NCBI GenBank assembly: GCA_049515135.1
Contig: JBEKUJ010000017.1
Coordinates: 7,332 to 71,331 of the forward strand
Direction of reading: 5' to 3'
DNA: 64,000 nt
Source of the DNA: Spirochaetia bacterium
GTDB taxonomy: Bacteria; Spirochaetota; Spirochaetia; SZUA-6; Fen-1364
Both the position numbers and the translations under genes were made by a program. Under the pieces are notes generated by a model. The model was not told the origin of the DNA. It did not search any database and worked only from the letters and a program-made list of their open reading frames with translations. This document shows positions 54,830 to 64,000 of this stretch, piece after piece; within the stretch, counting starts at the first letter, position 1, and every line of letters begins with the position of its first letter.

Positions 54830-55705
54830 TTACCCCTGCTGTCTCTGATAGATGCGGATGTAGACCATGAAGTAGATCATGAGGAGCACGAACATCACCG
54901 TGCCGATGCTGGAAGCGTATCCGATGGTGTAGCTGATCCACGACTGCTGGTAGAGATACACGGGAAGCACCTCCGTGGCGTACACCGGGCCGCCGCCGGT
55001 GGTCAGGTACACCATGTCGAAGTTGTTGAAGGTCCACAGGACGTGGATGGTCACCATCACGATGATCATGTTGCGGCAGCCGGGAACGGTGATTCTGAAG
55101 AAGCTGTCCACGGGCCCCGCCCCGTCTATCTCCGCGGCTTCGTACAGGCTGTGAGGGATTGCCTGCATGGCCGCGAGGAAAGCGATCCCATAGAACGGCA
55201 CGTTGCGCCAGAGGTGGAGGAGGACCATGGCGGGAAGAGCGGCATGAAGGTCGCCGAACCAGAAAGAATTGGCCTTGATCCCCAGGAGCCGCAGCACGAT
55301 GTTCACGTACCCGTACCCGGGCTCCACCATGAAGGTGAACATGACCGCGGTTGCAGCCACGGGGATGACCCAGCTGGCCATGATGACGCTCCGAAACAAG
55401 CGTATGCCCGGCAGCTCCTGCTTGAGCGCAAGTGCCAGGATCATGCCCAGGACCAGCTGCAGGAAAACGGCGGCGGCCGTCAGAACAAGTGAGTGCCACA
55501 GAGACGACCAGAACACAGGGTCCGCGAACAGCTTTGTGAAGTTTGCCAGTCCAACGCCCCGCAGCCCTTTGTTGAGGAGGTTTGCATCCGTGAAGGACAA
55601 GCGGATCCCCTCGATCAAGGGGAAGATCGAGAAAAGCGCCATGATGAGAAGGGTCGGCAGGAGGAGAGCCAGGCCGCTGTTCTCCTGGATGATCCGTGGT
55701 CTCAC
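54830..55705 (-). CDS. Carbohydrate ABC transporter permease (CUT1, MalF/UgpA-like)
   Basis: EAA-loop EAAEIDGAGPVDSFFRITVP. Start uncertain. The ORF-track start is TTG. GTG at about 55705 gives a typical N-terminus. Confidence 0.7.
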   Translation of the reverse strand: MRPRIIQENSGLALLLPTLLIMALFSIFPLIEGIRLSFTDANLLNKGLRGVGLANFTKLFADPVFWSSLWHSLVLTAAAVFLQLVLGMILALALKQELPGIRLFRSVIMASWVIPVAATAVMFTFMVEPGYGYVNIVLRLLGIKANSFWFGDLHAALPAMVLLHLWRNVPFYGIAFLAAMQAIPHSLYEAAEIDGAGPVDSFFRITVPGCRNMIIVMVTIHVLWTFNNFDMVYLTTGGGPVYATEVLPVYLYQQSWISYTIGYASSIGTVMFVLLMIYFMVYIRIYQRQQG

Positions 55706-55863
55706 ATCGGGCTCCTGTCTGTCAATCTTCTGCGGAACAAAAAAAGGCCGCGGGAACGGCGGTGAACCCCGCGCCCGCGTGCCGGATTGAGCCAAGAAAC
55801 GGCGCGATCGACGATTGTCACCCGACCGCGCCGGAAAAGCAACCCCTCGAAGGGTATGCCCTG

Positions 55864-57195
55864 TTAGATCTGTCCGCCCGTCACGAGCGCCTGCACGGTG
55901 TCATGCAGCCACTGCGCCGCGTCATGCGGCGACTTCTGAGCATAGACGACGAAGTTGACTGCCCGCATGTTGGCATCGCTGACAGGGCCCCAGTTGACGG
56001 GCTCCTGCGCGTGGGCCTGCGGAAGCAGGGCGGCAAACATCTTGATCCAGTTGCCCAGCGGACCCTGGAAGGCCGGCAGATCGAGGGAGTCCGTCCGGGC
56101 CGGAATTCCACCCGAGCTCGCCATCCAGTTGCCCATATTCTCCTTGGAGGTGACAAACTGAATCAGCTTCCACGCGCCTGCCTTGTCCTTGGAATAGTGG
56201 TTCATCATGATGGGCTTCACTTCGAGATACGTGCCAGCAACGCCGCCGTCGGGAACGGGGAGGGCGGTGACGATGGAAGTGTCCAGTATCTTCTGAGCCG
56301 TGGGGTCATTGTTGCGCCTGCCCCAGAGCCACGGTCCTTCGGGTGCCATGGCCCACTTGCCGGAGGCATAGCCGGGGTCTTCGCTTGGCCAGCCGTTCCC
56401 GCGCTCTTCAGGGTTGGCCGCGGGGTTGTCGCCAGTGTATGCCTGCCCGTAAAGGGTCAGGATCTTCTCCAGCTGGTCAACAGTGGGATTGTAGGTCTTC
56501 TGGCTTCCCGACACGGTGAACATCGGTTTGCCCTCTCCCACCTGGAACCACCAGGAAATGAACTCCTGCGGAGCGCGCGGATCGCCGACTTTGGTGCAGA
56601 GGAACAGGCCCCACATCTGCTTGTTCGAGGCCTTGGTGATTGCCTGGGCGGTGCTGATCAGCTCAGACCACGTCTTGGGAACCGACAGGTTATACTGATC
56701 AAGAACATCCTTGCGATAGATCAACCCTCTGGCGTTCGTGTTGTACGGGATTCCGTACAGCTTGCCGCCGATTGTCAAAGGGGCAAGCGTTGCAGGAACG
56801 AACTGGCTCTTTTCAGCCCAGCCGTTGAAATACGAATCCAGGGGCTCGATATCGCCTTTCTGGACATACACGGCCGTGTCCTCGAGTAGTCCCTCAATAA
56901 CGTCAGGCGAACCGCTCTGGGCCTGCACGAGGTACTTTTCTCTCTGGGGTCCATAGTCGCCCGGCCCGAAGAAGTTGTCGACGTTGTAGTCCGGCAGGAC
57001 GGTCTTTACGTTTGCAACCCATTGCTTCACGTAGTCGGGTGAAACCTCCTGGGTCACGAAAGGCATGGCCCAGAACGAGAGTGTTCCCTTGGCGCCTCCG
57101 CCGCCTTCCGCCTTTCCGCCGGCAAATGCCGCCGCAGCGCTGCTCAGGAGCAGGGCCGCAACGAGAATGCAGACAATACTTTGAATTCGTCTCAT
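55864..57195 (-). CDS. ABC transporter extracellular solute-binding protein (family 1)
   Basis: Signal peptide MRRIQSIVCILVAALLLSSAAAAFAGG. SBP_bac_1-like. RBS GAAGGAG before ATG 57195. Confidence 0.8.
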   Translation of the reverse strand: MRRIQSIVCILVAALLLSSAAAAFAGGKAEGGGGAKGTLSFWAMPFVTQEVSPDYVKQWVANVKTVLPDYNVDNFFGPGDYGPQREKYLVQAQSGSPDVIEGLLEDTAVYVQKGDIEPLDSYFNGWAEKSQFVPATLAPLTIGGKLYGIPYNTNARGLIYRKDVLDQYNLSVPKTWSELISTAQAITKASNKQMWGLFLCTKVGDPRAPQEFISWWFQVGEGKPMFTVSGSQKTYNPTVDQLEKILTLYGQAYTGDNPAANPEERGNGWPSEDPGYASGKWAMAPEGPWLWGRRNNDPTAQKILDTSIVTALPVPDGGVAGTYLEVKPIMMNHYSKDKAGAWKLIQFVTSKENMGNWMASSGGIPARTDSLDLPAFQGPLGNWIKMFAALLPQAHAQEPVNWGPVSDANMRAVNFVVYAQKSPHDAAQWLHDTVQALVTGGQI

Positions 57196-57499
57196 ACGTG
57201 TAACTCCTTCTCTGGAGAGTTTAGCATTCCTGGCATGACGCCATCCCTGAAGCCGTCCGTCGGCATGTTCCCTGATGCCTGGAGACTTTTTTCAGCATCA
57301 CCTCCTTCCAACTGGTTGTCCGGGAAATACGACGAGGGACGGTCTGCTGGGCTGCGTCCGCCGGGTGAGGAATGAATGTGTGACGTGAAAATTACATGAG
57401 AGAAGCAGGCATGAGATGACTGACTGAAGACCGCATCACCCCACACGGATCCCAGGTTAATGAAAACCCGAAAACCATGTCAAGGGCTTATGGTACATA

Positions 57500-59206
57500 T
57501 CAGGTTTCTGGATTCGATTCTCCCTGCTGAAGTGACTTTCGGACCCTGGAAAGCAGGCCCACCTCGTCGAATGGCTTTTCTAGAAGGTCGGCGTCAGGCT
57601 CCAGCATCCCGTGACGAGAAACAAGGTCCTCGGAATAGCCTGACATATAGAGGATTCTCACTCCGGGCTGCAGCGCGCGAAGTCTGAGCGCCAGTTCGGG
57701 GCCGCTCATGCGCGGCATGACCACATCAGTCAGCAGGAGGTGCACCTCACGATGCGTCGAGCTGACGATCTGCAGGGCTGCGTCGCCGCTGTCTGCCTCC
57801 AGCACACGATAGCCGTTCCTCTCCAGGAGTGCGCGACAGTAATTCCGCAGGGCTTCCTCATCCTCCACCAGGAGTATCGTGCCGCCGCCCCGGTCCGATG
57901 AACCCGGCACGGGCCGGCCCGGGTCCGCGGACCGCGGCTCGAAGGCCCTCGGGAGGGAGATCTGGAAGGTGGTCCCTTCTCCTACCGCGCTGGTGCAGTA
58001 GATGTAGCCCCCGCTCTGCTTGATGATCCCGTACACGGTTGCAAGTCCGAGGCCGGTGCCCTTGCCCATCTCCTTGGTCGTGAAGAAGGGCTCGAAGATC
58101 CGGGTGAGAGTCTGGTCGTCCATTCCCATGCCGGTGTCCGCGACGGTGAGCATCACGTATTCACCGGGCGGCATTTCCGGATGGGCCGCCTGCGCGGCGG
58201 CAAGCTTGAGGTTGGAGGTCCGAAAGGAAAGGATGCCTCCCCGCGGCATCGCATCACGGGCATTGGCGGCCAGATTCATGATCACCTGCTCGAGCTGCCC
58301 CTGGTCCGCCCTGACGTTTCCCGCGTCCGGTTGAAGGTGGATCTTCAGCTCGATGTCCTCACCGATCATGCGCGGAAGGATCTTCTCCATGCGCCGCACG
58401 ATCTCGCCGAGGCTGAGGATACGCGGCTGGAGGATCTGTTTGCGGCTGAAGGCCAGGAGCTGGGCAGTGAGATCAGCCGCCCTGTCCACGGCCCTCCTGA
58501 CCTCACGCATGTCGGCCCGCAGGGAGCCCGTTTCCGGCAGTCCCTCCTCCACCAGCTCCGTGTAGCCCCGTATCACCGTGATAAGGTTGTTGAAATCGTG
58601 AGCAATTCCGCCAGCAAGCCTTCCCACCGCCTCCATCTTGCGCGCCTGCGAGAGCTGCTCTTCGCTTCGGCGAAGCGCCGTCTCTGCCTGGACCCGCGCG
58701 GAGATGTCCAGAACGCTGACCAGCATGTAGGGGTAGGGATCGTCTTCCGGCGGGATGTACATCCGGATCGCGATGTCGATCCTCTTGCCGGTGGTCGTCA
58801 CCGCGTTGGACTCCGCGGCGCAGTACCTCCTGCCCTCCCACACTGCAAGGATGTTGTCCCGCATACTGGCGCGAGCCGCAGGGTCCCGCAGATCGAGCCG
58901 TGAGTCCAGCGGTCCGCGCAGAGATTGGGCCCTGGCCACTTCGTAGAGGGCCAGGGTGGCCTCGTTCACATCGACCACCCGGATCAAGCGGGCGGCCTCA
59001 CCCAGGAAATCCGGGTTGGAATCCAGCCAGGCTCCCAGGTCATCCACGCCTTGGGCCCGCAGCTCCTTGAGCGCGGCCCGAAGCCCGGCTATGTCCTCTT
59101 CCCAGAGGGAGACCGCAGAATGCTGGAAGATACTCCTGTAGCGCGATTCCCCATGAGACAGAACAGGCCTGCCCCTTGCGGCCCCCTTTCGCGGGCGTGC
59201 GTGCAC
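57500..59206 (-). CDS. Hybrid sensor histidine kinase/response regulator (PAS - HisKA - HATPase - REC)
   Basis: H-box [13 protein letters not shown] boxes ([24 protein letters not shown]), C-terminal receiver [11 protein letters not shown]...LLLTDVVMP...KPF. GTG start 59206, 7 nt after the upstream stop. Confidence 0.85.
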   Translation of the reverse strand: MHARPRKGAARGRPVLSHGESRYRSIFQHSAVSLWEEDIAGLRAALKELRAQGVDDLGAWLDSNPDFLGEAARLIRVVDVNEATLALYEVARAQSLRGPLDSRLDLRDPAARASMRDNILAVWEGRRYCAAESNAVTTTGKRIDIAIRMYIPPEDDPYPYMLVSVLDISARVQAETALRRSEEQLSQARKMEAVGRLAGGIAHDFNNLITVIRGYTELVEEGLPETGSLRADMREVRRAVDRAADLTAQLLAFSRKQILQPRILSLGEIVRRMEKILPRMIGEDIELKIHLQPDAGNVRADQGQLEQVIMNLAANARDAMPRGGILSFRTSNLKLAAAQAAHPEMPPGEYVMLTVADTGMGMDDQTLTRIFEPFFTTKEMGKGTGLGLATVYGIIKQSGGYIYCTSAVGEGTTFQISLPRAFEPRSADPGRPVPGSSDRGGGTILLVEDEEALRNYCRALLERNGYRVLEADSGDAALQIVSSTHREVHLLLTDVVMPRMSGPELALRLRALQPGVRILYMSGYSEDLVSRHGMLEPDADLLEKPFDEVGLLSRVRKSLQQGESNPET

Positions 59207-59212
59207 AACGGT

Positions 59213-61150
59213 CTAGTTGCCGCCCGGTCCGCCCTGCGGCCTTTGCCCACCCTGCGGCCCCGGTTCACCCTGCGGCCCCGGTTCACCCTGCGGCCCCTGC
59301 CCGCCCTGCGGCCCCTGCCCGCCCTGCGGCCCCTGCCCGCCCTGCGGCCCCTGCTCGCCTCCCTGCTCAGGCCTCTTCTTCTTCAGAATATCGTCGTTCG
59401 ACGGCCCGGGCTGGCCCCCTGGCCCACCCGGCTGTACCCGCGGTCCTTGCCCTTGCGGCCCCCGTGGTCCTTGCGGTCCCGGCGGCGTCCCTGCCTGCGA
59501 CCCACGCGATCCTTGCGGCCCCGGCTGCACTCTGGGCCCGGGCTGACCGGCTCCTGATCCCGGGGAGACCACTCGCGGTCCCTGAGGATTTCCTGGCTGC
59601 GGGCCCTGCCCTCCCTGGATCCGCTGAGGCCCGCCTTGAGACCGAGCGGCCGGGTTCACGACCACCGGCGGACTCTGCCCCGGCGAAGTCCTCCGCAAGC
59701 CCTGGAGCGTAGTCTGGTCTACAGGTCTTCCAGGATGAGCCTGCATGGCTTGCTGCCGGGCGGCAAAAGGCACCGGAGCCGGGGGCGGAGCCACCCGGGC
59801 CACGACCGGCCGCGACATGATCATGGCCGGCGGCTGCGCCGCGGGGCCCATCACCGGCCGGCCGTAAACGCTCTCCCTCACGGGCGCCACGGGGGCATAT
59901 GTGCCCCGAACCGGAGCCCGCATGATTTCTGCATTCGACACGGCAAACGCCGAGCTGTTCACAGGTTGTGCGCCCACAAACGCCCGGTTCGGCACGGCCA
60001 CCACCGCGCCCGGCACGGAACGGTTCACCCATCGGTAGGTTGTTACGTTGATGGTCTGCGCGTTCATGACTGTCACGTGACTGATGTTGATGTTCCGTAC
60101 GTAGACATTGCTCACTGCATAGGGAGGAACGTACGGCTCACGCGGGCCGAGGGGGAACCACGCCACGCCTCCGGCGGATCCCATGGAGGAGCCCCAGCCG
60201 TTCCCGCCGACAAAGACCACAAGAGCGGGGGCGTAGATGGGACGGACGACAATCCTCCCGGGAACCCATACCCAAGCCCCGCCGAAAAACGTCCAGCGTC
60301 CATAGTGGAAAGGCGCAAAGCCCCAGGGCGCATCGTCGATCCATGTCCAGCCCCAGGGATCCACCCAGGCCCAGTGCCCGTAGCGGTAGGGCGCCCAACC
60401 CACCTCAACCGTGGGCTGCCACACCGCACCATACCCCGGCATGACCCGCCACACGCCATTGGCGTCCAGGTCCTCGACCCCGATCATCTCCCGGGGCACG
60501 TACTGCGTCGACGCCATCCGATCTTCCCCGCGGTCCCGGTCCTGGCACCACTGGTCCCACTCGTCGGGCTCGCCGGCCATGCTCGCTTCATAGCTTGGGG
60601 AATCGAGGCCGGATATGTCGGCGGCCTGGTCCGGGTAGACGGAGAAGGAGGAGTCCCCGGCCATGACCTCGGCTTCGCCGGACCGCACCGTGAGGCTCGA
60701 GTCCCCTGTTTCCTGTACGTCCACTCGGTAGCTGCCGGGCTGCGTCAGCGTAATGCTGGAGTTGGGGGTGTCCACCTCCACGACCTCGTTCGGGTCCAGG
60801 CGGCGCAGCCTGATGTTCAGCGATCCGGTGGAAAGCCGGATCTGCATTGTCTGGTCATCCAGGTTCAGCAAGGAGAACTCCGTGTTCGATGCCAGGCGGA
60901 TGGCAGTGGAGCCGACATGTATCTCCGCCTGTCCGTCCTGGTCCGCCCAGAGATGGTCGCCTGCGGTGAGCGGATAGTTCAGAGTGGCAGGAACCCAGTC
61001 CTCCATGCTGCCCGGGCGGAAAGAGACCGTCCCCGTAAGGAGGTTTATGCGGCCCACCCGGTCGGGCGGATCAGCCCACAGAAGGCCGCCGCACCCGAGC
61101 ACAATGAGCATGCCCACGAATGCCAGGACCAGTTTTTTGTTTGTTTTCAT
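59213..61150 (-). CDS. Secreted protein: FecR-like beta-sandwich N-domain, Trp-rich central segment, C-terminal collagen-like G-P-Q repeats
   Basis: Signal peptide [26 protein letters not shown]. Trp-rich segment [31 protein letters not shown]-terminal ([12 protein letters not shown])n Gly-X-Y tract. ATG 61150 with GGAGAC RBS. Confidence 0.6.
   Translation of the reverse strand: MKTNKKLVLAFVGMLIVLGCGGLLWADPPDRVGRINLLTGTVSFRPGSMEDWVPATLNYPLTAGDHLWADQDGQAEIHVGSTAIRLASNTEFSLLNLDDQTMQIRLSTGSLNIRLRRLDPNEVVEVDTPNSSITLTQPGSYRVDVQETGDSSLTVRSGEAEVMAGDSSFSVYPDQAADISGLDSPSYEASMAGEPDEWDQWCQDRDRGEDRMASTQYVPREMIGVEDLDANGVWRVMPGYGAVWQPTVEVGWAPYRYGHWAWVDPWGWTWIDDAPWGFAPFHYGRWTFFGGAWVWVPGRIVVRPIYAPALVVFVGGNGWGSSMGSAGGVAWFPLGPREPYVPPYAVSNVYVRNINISHVTVMNAQTINVTTYRWVNRSVPGAVVAVPNRAFVGAQPVNSSAFAVSNAEIMRAPVRGTYAPVAPVRESVYGRPVMGPAAQPPAMIMSRPVVARVAPPPAPVPFAARQQAMQAHPGRPVDQTTLQGLRRTSPGQSPPVVVNPAARSQGGPQRIQGGQGPQPGNPQGPRVVSPGSGAGQPGPRVQPGPQGSRGSQAGTPPGPQGPRGPQGQGPRVQPGGPGGQPGPSNDDILKKKRPEQGGEQGPQGGQGPQGGQGPQGGQGPQGEPGPQGEPGPQGGQRPQGGPGGN
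59226..59360. repeat. Tandem 18-bp and 21-bp direct repeats encoding collagen-like GPQGxQ units
   Basis: ccctgcggcccctgcccg repeated about four times (59286-59358) and ccctgcggccccggttcac repeated twice (59250-59291), seen directly. Confidence 0.7.
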
Positions 61151-61344
61151 GTTCGTCTCCGGAAGCCCTTGAGAGGCTTGTATCCTCATAAAATGGTATC
61201 TCCCTGCTGGCTGACTGTCAATTCAAGTCAGGCCCTCCGAGGGCCACGCCAGGTGCGCGTGAAAGAAAATTAACACATTGATAACACCGCCCGAGCCGGA
61301 TTGGTATACTTTCCTTGGAGAGGTTTTTTATGGAGGTTTCTTTC

Positions 61345-62760
61345 ATGACCAAGCGACGCGCGGCGAGTATCGGGTTGATCCTTCTTCTGGCTTTCCCAGG
61401 GCTTGTTTCCGCCCAGGCCCCCAATGCCCTTCAGTCCATGCAGGCTGCCTTCCGGCAGGTGGCGCAGAAGGTGCTTCCCGTCATTGTGGAAATCGACGTC
61501 ACCGAAGTCATCAAGCAGAGACAGCCTCAGCTGGACCTTCCGTTCGACTGGTTCTTCGGCCAGCCCCAGCCCAATGGCGGAGAGCGGTCATTTCGACAAT
61601 CCGGCCTGGGATCCGGCATCATAGTGCGCAAGGCCGGAAACACGGTTTACGTCTTGACCAACAACCACGTGGTCAAGGACGCCACCGACATCAGCGTAAG
61701 AATGAACGACGGCCGCATTTCCAAGGCAAAGGTGGTGGGCGCGGACCCGCGGAAGGACATGGCGCTGGTGTCATTCGAGACGCAAGACCAGGTGAGCCTG
61801 GCCGAGCTGGGAGATTCCAACTCGCTGGAGGTGGGGGACATTGTTTTTGCCGTGGGCAATCCCCTGGGCTTTACCTCCTCGGTGACGATGGGAATCGTGA
61901 GCGCTCTTGGCCGTCGGGCGCCCAGCGGCGATGTTGCCACGTACACGGACTATGTCCAGACCGACGCTCCGATCAACCAGGGCAACTCGGGCGGCGCGCT
62001 GGTGAACATCCGGGGTCAGGTCATCGGGATGAATACATGGATCGCCGCCCCCAGCGGCGGGAACGTCGGGCTCGGGTTTGCAATCCCCATCAACAACGCG
62101 CGGCAGGCCATTGACGACTTCATCGCCAAGGGACGGGTGGAGTACGGCTGGCTTGGGGTGCAGATCGGAGACATCCAAAGCGATGGACCGTCCCTTGCCA
62201 TTGCCCGGGACCTCAAGGTGGAAGGCACGAAAGGCGCCTTCATCTGGAACCTCTACCGGGGCTCCCCGGCGGACAAGGCCGGGCTTCTTCCCGGCGATTT
62301 CGTGACCAGGGTGGAAGGCAAGAGCATCACCGACAGCAGCGAGCTCACCCAGATCATCGGCTCGCTCCCTGCCGGTGAATCGCGGGAGTTCACCGTGGTC
62401 CGCTACGGGAAACCCCTCACGCTGCGCGTCACCATTGGCCGGCGGGACGACCAGGACCGCGTGGCGCAGTCGAAAAACCTGTGGCCTGGGCTGTCAGCCG
62501 TTCCCCTCACCGACGAGGTGCGCCAGGACCAGAACATTCCCCGGGGAGTCCGCGGGGTCATCGTGGGTGACATCACGGATCAGAACACGCCGGCAGCCGT
62601 CGCGGGGATCCAGGCAGGGGACATCATCAAGACCGTCAGCGGGAAAAACGTGAACAGCATGATGGACTACTACCGGACGCTGAACGAAGCCTCCGGGCGG
62701 ATGGTAAGCTTCGGGATACTGCGCGACGGGAATGACATCACCATCGGGCTCACCCGGTGA
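61345..62760 (+). CDS. DegP/DegQ/HtrA-family periplasmic serine protease with two PDZ domains
   Basis: Signal peptide MTKRRAASIGLILLLAFPGLVSAQA. TNNHVV, DMALV, GNSGGAL catalytic motifs. Alternative ATG at 61330. Confidence 0.85.
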   Translation: MTKRRAASIGLILLLAFPGLVSAQAPNALQSMQAAFRQVAQKVLPVIVEIDVTEVIKQRQPQLDLPFDWFFGQPQPNGGERSFRQSGLGSGIIVRKAGNTVYVLTNNHVVKDATDISVRMNDGRISKAKVVGADPRKDMALVSFETQDQVSLAELGDSNSLEVGDIVFAVGNPLGFTSSVTMGIVSALGRRAPSGDVATYTDYVQTDAPINQGNSGGALVNIRGQVIGMNTWIAAPSGGNVGLGFAIPINNARQAIDDFIAKGRVEYGWLGVQIGDIQSDGPSLAIARDLKVEGTKGAFIWNLYRGSPADKAGLLPGDFVTRVEGKSITDSSELTQIIGSLPAGESREFTVVRYGKPLTLRVTIGRRDDQDRVAQSKNLWPGLSAVPLTDEVRQDQNIPRGVRGVIVGDITDQNTPAAVAGIQAGDIIKTVSGKNVNSMMDYYRTLNEASGRMVSFGILRDGNDITIGLTR

Positions 62761-63749
62761 GCTCAGAGCCTGGCGGCCCGGCGGCCAACCCTCCTCCTTC
62801 GCTGCTCACCGTAACGCCTGCTCATCGCGGCCTCCGGGCGGACGCCTTCCTGGCGATTGCGCTCCCGTTTCTCTCACGCACCAGAGTTCGCCAGAAGATC
62901 CAGACCGGTGAGTCCCTCCTCAACGGGCGGCGCTATGCCACGTCGGCCCGCCTTGCGGCCGGAGACGTCCTCACTGTCTCCTGGAGAAGCGCCCCTCCGT
63001 CGAGGTCTACCCGGCAGTTCCACGTTCTTTTTCAGGATGAGCACATCATTGCCGTGGACAAGCCAGCCGGCGCTGCTTCCCATCCTGCCGGGAGGTTTCA
63101 ATCCGACACCGTCATTCAGTTCGTTCGGGAGCTCCTGGCCGCCGAAACCCGGGCAAGCTTGAGTCAGGACGGGGATTTCTTCCCGAGGCTGGTCAACAGG
63201 CTCGACGTATTCACAAGTGGCGTGATCCTGGCTGCCACGACAGGCCTTGCCTTGCGGGAAATGCAGAGCCTCGCTGCCTGCGGAAAGATCAACAAGCGCT
63301 ATGTCGCCCTGGTGGAGGGTGTCGTAGCCGGGGAGCACGGCATGATCGATCTGCCCCTCGGGCCTGATTCCAAAAGCTCCACCAACCTTCGCATGGCTCC
63401 GCGGGAGGACGGCCTTGCATCCGTCACTGACTTCGTTGTGCTCCGCCGTCTTCCCGCGCACACGCTCCTGGCGGTCTTTCCCCGAACAGGCCGGCAGCAC
63501 CAGATCCGGGCTCACCTGGCCGCCGCGGGGCATCCGGTGTGTGGTGATCTCCTGTACAAGGATGAATCCCTGTTTCTCAGATACCAGCGCGCCGGCGGGG
63601 TGCCCGACCCGTCACTCCCTCTCCGACACTGCCTGCACGCGGAAGAGGTCGAGTTTCTCCAGCCGTTCACAGGCCGGCGCATCCTCATCCGCTCGGCTCT
63701 GCCATCCGATTTCCTGGACATCCTCCACGACGTTAAAAGCCCGGCGTGA
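62757..63749 (+). CDS. RluA-family 23S rRNA pseudouridine synthase (RluD-like)
   Basis: HIIAVDKPAG and catalytic-Asp region RLVNRLDVFTSGVILAA. GTG 62757 overlaps the protease stop (GTGA). Confidence 0.8.
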   Translation: MSSEPGGPAANPPPSLLTVTPAHRGLRADAFLAIALPFLSRTRVRQKIQTGESLLNGRRYATSARLAAGDVLTVSWRSAPPSRSTRQFHVLFQDEHIIAVDKPAGAASHPAGRFQSDTVIQFVRELLAAETRASLSQDGDFFPRLVNRLDVFTSGVILAATTGLALREMQSLAACGKINKRYVALVEGVVAGEHGMIDLPLGPDSKSSTNLRMAPREDGLASVTDFVVLRRLPAHTLLAVFPRTGRQHQIRAHLAAAGHPVCGDLLYKDESLFLRYQRAGGVPDPSLPLRHCLHAEEVEFLQPFTGRRILIRSALPSDFLDILHDVKSPA

Positions 63750-63772
63750 CAACCGAGGGGACGGGCCTGCCC

Positions 63773-64000
63773 TCACCCCTCCCACCGCTCGTGACGGAGT
63801 ATGCTGTCCAGCGCAAGCCGCTTCTTGGCAGCCGCTCGCGGGTCCAGCGGGTATCCAAGAGGCATGAGTTGGACCACGCGCACATCCTTTGGGATACCGA
63901 GCGCACTTTTCACCTCCTCCTCATCAAAGGAGCCGACCCAGCAGGTCCCCAGGCCTTCAGCGGCCGCGGCCAGGGAGATATGGTCCATCGCAATGGCCAC
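63773..64000 (-). CDS. Nitroreductase-family protein, C-terminal part (gene continues beyond window end)
   Basis: ISLAAAAEGLGTCWVGSFDEEEVKSALGIPKDVRVVQLMPLGYP matches the nitroreductase C-terminal region. Confidence 0.55.
   Translation of the reverse strand: MAIAMDHISLAAAAEGLGTCWVGSFDEEEVKSALGIPKDVRVVQLMPLGYPLDPRAAAKKRLALDSILRHERWEG

Noticed and set aside
59217-59712. Plus-strand ORFs encoding Pro/Cys/Gly-rich or Pro/Ala-rich peptides (59217-59546, 59176-59712)
   Set aside because: These are reverse-complement readings of the collagen-like repeat tract of the minus-strand secreted protein, which has a signal peptide and a sensible domain order.

Overview
GC-rich bacterial chromosomal window, densely coding, with many 4-nt start/stop overlaps (ATGA/GTGA). 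I did not recognise any tRNA, rRNA, CRISPR array or mobile element. Unless noted, calls rest on motifs recalled from memory in the supplied ORF translations; start codons and overlaps were checked on the nucleotide sequence, and no database search was possible.

- **1-11.9 kb, minus strand:** one long, tightly packed phosphonate-catabolism operon.
  - It starts with a gluconolactonase-like gene, an unknown 290-aa protein and an FAD oxidoreductase.
  - Next come phnX and phnW (the phosphonatase route for 2-aminoethylphosphonate) and the C-P lyase core phnGHIJKLM.
  - It ends with a hexapeptide-repeat acetyltransferase and a partial IMPase-family phosphatase running off the window start.
  - phnCDE, phnF, phnN and phnP are not in the window.
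- **11.9-20.6 kb:**
  - nitroreductase;
  - a cadherin-like repeat lipoprotein;
  - a panB-like gene plus an unknown 458-aa protein, divergent from an IclR regulator;
  - a degraded response-regulator remnant;
  - an alpha/beta hydrolase;
  - SAM methyltransferase, DUF1893 and VOC genes.
- **20.6-28.3 kb:** sugar-phosphate/polyol-type enzymes, comprising a G1PDH-like Fe-ADH-fold protein, Zn-ADH, LhgO-like FAD oxidase, RpiB, a HIBADH-family reductase and an SDR, ending in a UbiA-family prenyltransferase.
- **28.3-30.4 kb:** MarR regulator and an ABC-2 efflux pair.
- **30.4-39.3 kb:** signalling island.
  - HtrA lipoprotein, GAF-HD-GYP phosphodiesterase and an EAL-domain remnant.
  - A SiaB/SiaC-like partner-switch operon: GHKL kinase, DUF1987, an unknown-domain/SAM-methyltransferase fusion, a 7TM-PP2C phosphatase and PilZ.
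- **39.4-41.2 kb:** KamA-family radical SAM protein, MgsA, hemerythrin.
- **41.3-49.7 kb:** glycoside locus with a GH65 phosphorylase fused to beta-phosphoglucomutase, LacI, a GH38 alpha-mannosidase and a GPH/MFS transporter.
- **49.8-57.2 kb:** two sugar ABC transporters flanking an AraR-like GntR/PBP regulator.
- **57.5-64.0 kb:** hybrid histidine kinase co-oriented with a secreted FecR-like, Trp-rich, collagen-repeat protein; DegQ-like protease; RluA-family pseudouridine synthase; partial nitroreductase.
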